From: Dehalococcoidia bacterium
GTDB lineage: Bacteria > Chloroflexota > Dehalococcoidia > Lucifugimonadales > Australimonadaceae
Assembly (NCBI GenBank): GCA_965249185.1
Contig: CBDFLS010000002.1
Span: 205,594-269,593, forward strand
Direction: 5' to 3'
DNA: 64,000 nt
A program made the translations under genes and the position numbers. Below are positions 60,773 to 64,000 of the stretch, in pieces (position 1 is the first letter of the stretch; every line of letters begins with the position of its first letter). The notes beneath the pieces were generated by a model. That model was not told the origin of the DNA and searched no databases. It saw only the letters and a list, made by a program, of their open reading frames with translations.

Positions 60773-63078
60773 GCGAGACAGGAGGGCGTCAGCCTGCGGA
60801 GGCCACGCCACGCCCGCTCCGCACGCCCTGGCGACGCTCGCTCCGGACCAAGATCATCATCTGGTTCTTCGTTCCAACTGCGTTCATCCTGGCCGCCGTT
60901 GCCGCCACCACGTTCTATGCCTACCAGGACGTGACCGAAGACCTAGTGATCGAGCGCGACCGGGACGTCACGCGACTCTCCGCGGCGCAACTCGCGGGCT
61001 CCCTGAATGAATTCAGCGAGCTTCTTGAGGAAGTCAGCCGCGCGGTCGCGCCATCGCTGGTGGCGGGGAGTGGCTAGGCGGATAGCCTTCGGGACGCCTT
61101 CGGCCCGCTGGCGGTCTTCGATGGCGGCGTGCGTCTGCTGGATACCTTCGGCACCGTAATAGCGGTGGAGCCATCGGACTCTGACGCCCAGGGAGAGGAC
61201 TGGTCGGACCGCGAGATATTCCGCACCATCGTCCGCACGCCCCGTCCCGCCTTCTCCAACATCATCCCAGCCGGACCGGACGGCGGTGAAGCGGTGGCCA
61301 TAGTCGTTCCTGTCATCGGCGCTCGAGGTGAGTTCCTGGGTGCCGTGGTCGGCATGTTCAAACTTGGCGCCACCTCGGTGAGCTCCTTTTACGGACGCAT
61401 CGTCAGGCTGCGGGCGGGAGAGAGTGGGAGCGTTCACCTCGTCGACCAGTCGGGAAGGGTCATCTACCACTCCGATGTCAGTAGGACCGGCGAGGACTTC
61501 TCCGATCAGCCGGCGGTCCGTGAGCTGGCTGCACATGGGTCCGGGGCGATCCGCACAACCAGCGTCGCCGGAGAGGACATCGTGGCCGGCTTCGCTCTCG
61601 TTCCCGGTACGCCCTGGAGCCTGGTCACCGAGGAGAGCTGGTCGGCCCTGACCAGCGGCGGCAGGGGTTATCAGCGGTTCCTGCTCTTATTGCTGGTCAT
61701 AGGCGTCGTACTGCCCGCCCTTATTGTCGCGATTGGTCTGCGGCGCCTAATGAGGCCCGTGGACCAGCTCATCGCGGCGGCTCGCGAGGTGGGCGGCGGC
61801 AACCTGGATGTGAGTGTCAATCCCTCCAACATGGTGGGCGAGCTGGAGGTACTGACCACCGCCTTTAACCAGATGACGGGACAGCTCCGCGGGCTGGTAG
61901 GAGAGCTGGAGCAGCGTGTAGCCGAGCGGACCGGGGATCTGGTCCGGCGGGCCAGCCAGCTCGAGGCCGCAGCCCGCGTGGCCAGCGAGGCTGTGGCCAT
62001 CCATGACATCGACCAGCTCCTTTCTCAGACGGTCGTTCTGATTCAGGATAGGCTCGGCTACCACAATGTGAACATCTACCTGATGGCGCCTGATTCAAAC
62101 CAGCTTGTCCTGCGAGCGGGAGCTGGCGGCTATGATAACGAGGTGCCAGTGGGGACGGCGAAGGTCCATCTAGGGGAAGGGATAATCGGATGGGTAGGAA
62201 AGACCGCAGAGGCCATCCTCGCCAATGATGTCAGCCAAGAACCCAAATACGGTTCCGCGGAATCTTTGCACGGCATCAGAGCAGAGTTGGCCGTTCCCAT
62301 CAAGTCCGGGGAGGAGGTTCTCGGGGTCCTGGACTCAGAGAGCACGGAGAGGGGCGCCTTCGACCAAACTGACCAGGTCACTCTCCAGACCATCGCGAAC
62401 CTGCTGGGGGTAGCTATAGAGAATGCCCAGCTCTTTCAACAGACGCGGGAGTTGGGGGTGCTGGAAGAGCGGAACCGTGTGGCCCGCGAGATCCATGATA
62501 CGCTGGCCCAGGGGTTTACGGGCATTTTCCTCCAGCTGGAGGCGGGTGAGCAGGCGTTGGAAGATAGCCCCGCCGAAGTCCCGGAGCACCTCAGCCGGGC
62601 TAAAAACCTGGCCAGGGAGAGCCTCCAAGAGGCGCGGCGGTCGGTGTGGAACCTGCTTCCCCAGGCCTTAGAGGAGCGCTCCTTGGAGGCGGCCCTGCAG
62701 GAAGAGGTCCTTCGGTTCGCGGCCGTGGGCCGGGAGAATGCCTCATTCGGCATCTCCGGTAATAAGCGGGAGTTGTCCGCTGATGTCCAGACGACGCTTC
62801 TTCGCCTCTGCCAAGAGTCTCTTACCAATGTAAGGCGCCACGCCAACGGGAAGGAGGTCCATGTGGTACTCACCTTCCATCCTGATGCCGCCGGACTCAT
62901 CGTTCAAGACGATGGCATAGGCTTCGACCTGGAAGCGGTGAAAGGTGACAAAGAACACAGTAGCCACGGTCTAGCGGGTATGGAGCAGCGCGCTCATCTC
63001 CTGGGGGGGGGGGCCTTCTCTGTAAAACCTGGTAAGGGCAAGGGCACGATAGTGGAAGCGAGAATACCCACGGTATAG
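60745..63078 (+). pseudogene. NarL-class sensor histidine kinase (TM - Cache-like - TM - HAMP - GAF - HisKA_3 - HATPase) interrupted by one in-frame TAG at 61075-61077
   Basis: ORFs 60745..61077 and 61129..63078 are in the same frame. Translation through the TAG is continuous (VAGSG*ADSLRDAFGPLAVFDGGVRLLDTFG). ERNRVAREIHDTLAQ marks HisKA_3. Confidence 0.7.
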
Positions 63079-63118
63079 CGGCTGGAGGGGTAACGACCCC
63101 CGGAAGAGGTAGCCTGGG

Positions 63119-63763
63119 ATGGAAACCATCAAGTTGATGATTGTGGATGACCACGAGGTAGTGCGGGATGGCCTCACCACCATGCTGAGAAGACAGGAGG
63201 ACTTTACGGTGGTAGGCGAGGCCCGGAACGGTATGGAGGCGGTGGAGCGTGCCCGGGAGTTGCATCCAGAGGTGGTCCTCATGGACCTTCGGATGCCCGA
63301 GCTGGACGGTGTAGAGGCTATGCGGCGTATTCGGTCGGAGAACCCTGATGTCAATTTCATCGTCCTCACCACCTATGACACCGACGAGTATATTTTTGAC
63401 GCCATCGAGGCGGGGGCCAAGGGGTATCTTCTGAAGGACACCTCACGAGAGGAGCTTTTCAAGGCGGTGCGGGCCGTCCACACCGGTGAGTCCCTCATCC
63501 AGCCTGGGGTAGCCACAAGAGTGCTGAACCGCTTCGCCCAGCTTTCTCGTCAGGCATCCGAAACGGATGTGGTGTCACCCAGGGAGATGGAGGTGCTGCA
63601 GCTCATGGCAAAGGGAGCGCCGAACAAGGATATCGCCGCCACACTCACCCTCAGCGAAAGCACGGTAAAGACCCACATCGCCAACATTTTTCAAAAGCTA
63701 GACGTAAATGATCGCACGGGAGCCGTGACCCAGGCGCTGCAACGGGGAATCATCACGCTCTAG
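63119..63763 (+). CDS. NarL/FixJ-family response regulator (REC + LuxR-type HTH)
   Basis: IKLMIVDDHEVVRDGL...VVLMDLRMPELDG...SPREMEVLQLMAKGAPNKDIAATLTLSESTVKTH. Confidence 0.9.
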   Translation: METIKLMIVDDHEVVRDGLTTMLRRQEDFTVVGEARNGMEAVERARELHPEVVLMDLRMPELDGVEAMRRIRSENPDVNFIVLTTYDTDEYIFDAIEAGAKGYLLKDTSREELFKAVRAVHTGESLIQPGVATRVLNRFAQLSRQASETDVVSPREMEVLQLMAKGAPNKDIAATLTLSESTVKTHIANIFQKLDVNDRTGAVTQALQRGIITL

Positions 63764-63791
63764 TTGCCGGTAAGTACGAGCCCATCGGTCA

Positions 63792-63820
63792 AAAGGCTGA
63801 CCCCAGGGTCAGCCTTTTTG
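63792..63820 (+). terminator. rho-independent terminator (AAAGGCTGACC-ccag-GGTCAGCCTTT + T-run)
   Basis: Read directly downstream of the response regulator. Confidence 0.7.
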
Positions 63821-63929
63821 CGTCGGCGTAATCAGTGGTTCTGCCGATTACGAACGGGATGTCCCGGACTATAGTGACGGCAGGCACAGGTTGAGCCTGA
63901 GCCATATGACTGACAAGGAGGAACCGACG

Positions 63930-64000
63930 ATGAAAACGTGGATCGTAGCAACCGGCGCTTTGAGGGTGGGCGCCCCCCTTCTGATTGCGGCGGGGCGCCG
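63930..64000 (+). CDS. 5' end of an unknown gene (runs off the window)
   Basis: AAGGAGG lies 8 nt upstream of the ATG. MKTWIVATGALRVGAPLLIAAG looks like a signal or TM segment. Confidence 0.3.
   Translation, partial: MKTWIVATGALRVGAPLLIAAGR

Noticed and set aside
61075-61077. Pyrrolysine or programmed recoding of the TAG in the kinase gene
   Set aside because: No pyl genes or recoding signals are visible, and nothing suggests a Pyl-using lineage. A nonsense mutation or base error is far more parsimonious.

Overview
High-GC (roughly 65-70% by eye) bacterial chromosomal segment. It is dominated by housekeeping genes, and many neighbouring genes overlap as ATGA or GTGA. Contents in order:
- thrS (partial), then a coxM-S-L-like molybdenum hydroxylase operon with a divergent orphan VWA protein.
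- A complete PyrR-attenuated pyrimidine operon (pyrR-pyrB-pyrC-carA-carB), followed by an unusual HPRT fusion gene.
- sfsA plus an endonuclease-III-like gene, pyrF, ctaA/ctaB, a TetR regulator, rpoB-rpoC and an aquaporin.
- Two thioredoxin-fold lipoproteins, an OTCase-like gene, der-plsY and infC-rpmI-rplT.
- pheS-pheT-moeA, rdgB-moaA, an RNase HI::MoaC fusion and pcrA.
- A polyprenyl-phosphate glycosylation / geranylgeranyl-reductase cluster and tRNA-Pro(CGG).
- A visibly lower-GC accessory segment right after the tRNA: an intact small IS1595-family element, then homocysteine methyltransferase, a tyrosine phosphatase-HAD pair and a secreted acidic protein.
- A solute-binding protein / histidine kinase / NarL-type response regulator module.

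No CRISPR array, rRNA or recognisable multi-gene defence system was seen.

Most unusual observations:
1. An in-frame RNase HI-MoaC fusion.
2. A three-part protein: Arg/Pro-rich disordered region, an unknown nuclease-like domain and HPRT.
3. A 68-bp duplication of the carA/carB junction around a 192-bp insertion of hairpin repeats. It creates an 87-codon translationally coupled leader ORF.
4. A dispersed hairpin repeat family (GTCAYYCTGAGYGNAGCGAAGRRTC) with compensatory stem variants.
5. A low-GC insert carrying a frameshifted RecB/Cas4-like PD-(D/E)xK nuclease.
6. A tRNA-Thr anticodon-arm mimic next to the thrS ribosome-binding site.
7. Three disrupted genes (nuclease frameshift, SBP frameshift, kinase in-frame TAG) and two G11 homopolymer tracts.

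The disrupted genes may reflect gene decay, phase variation or assembly error. Lineage cannot be established from sequence alone; leaderless-type promoters and the repeat family suggest a Chloroflexota-like organism, with low confidence. All calls come from reading the sequence and the ORF track; no database search was run.
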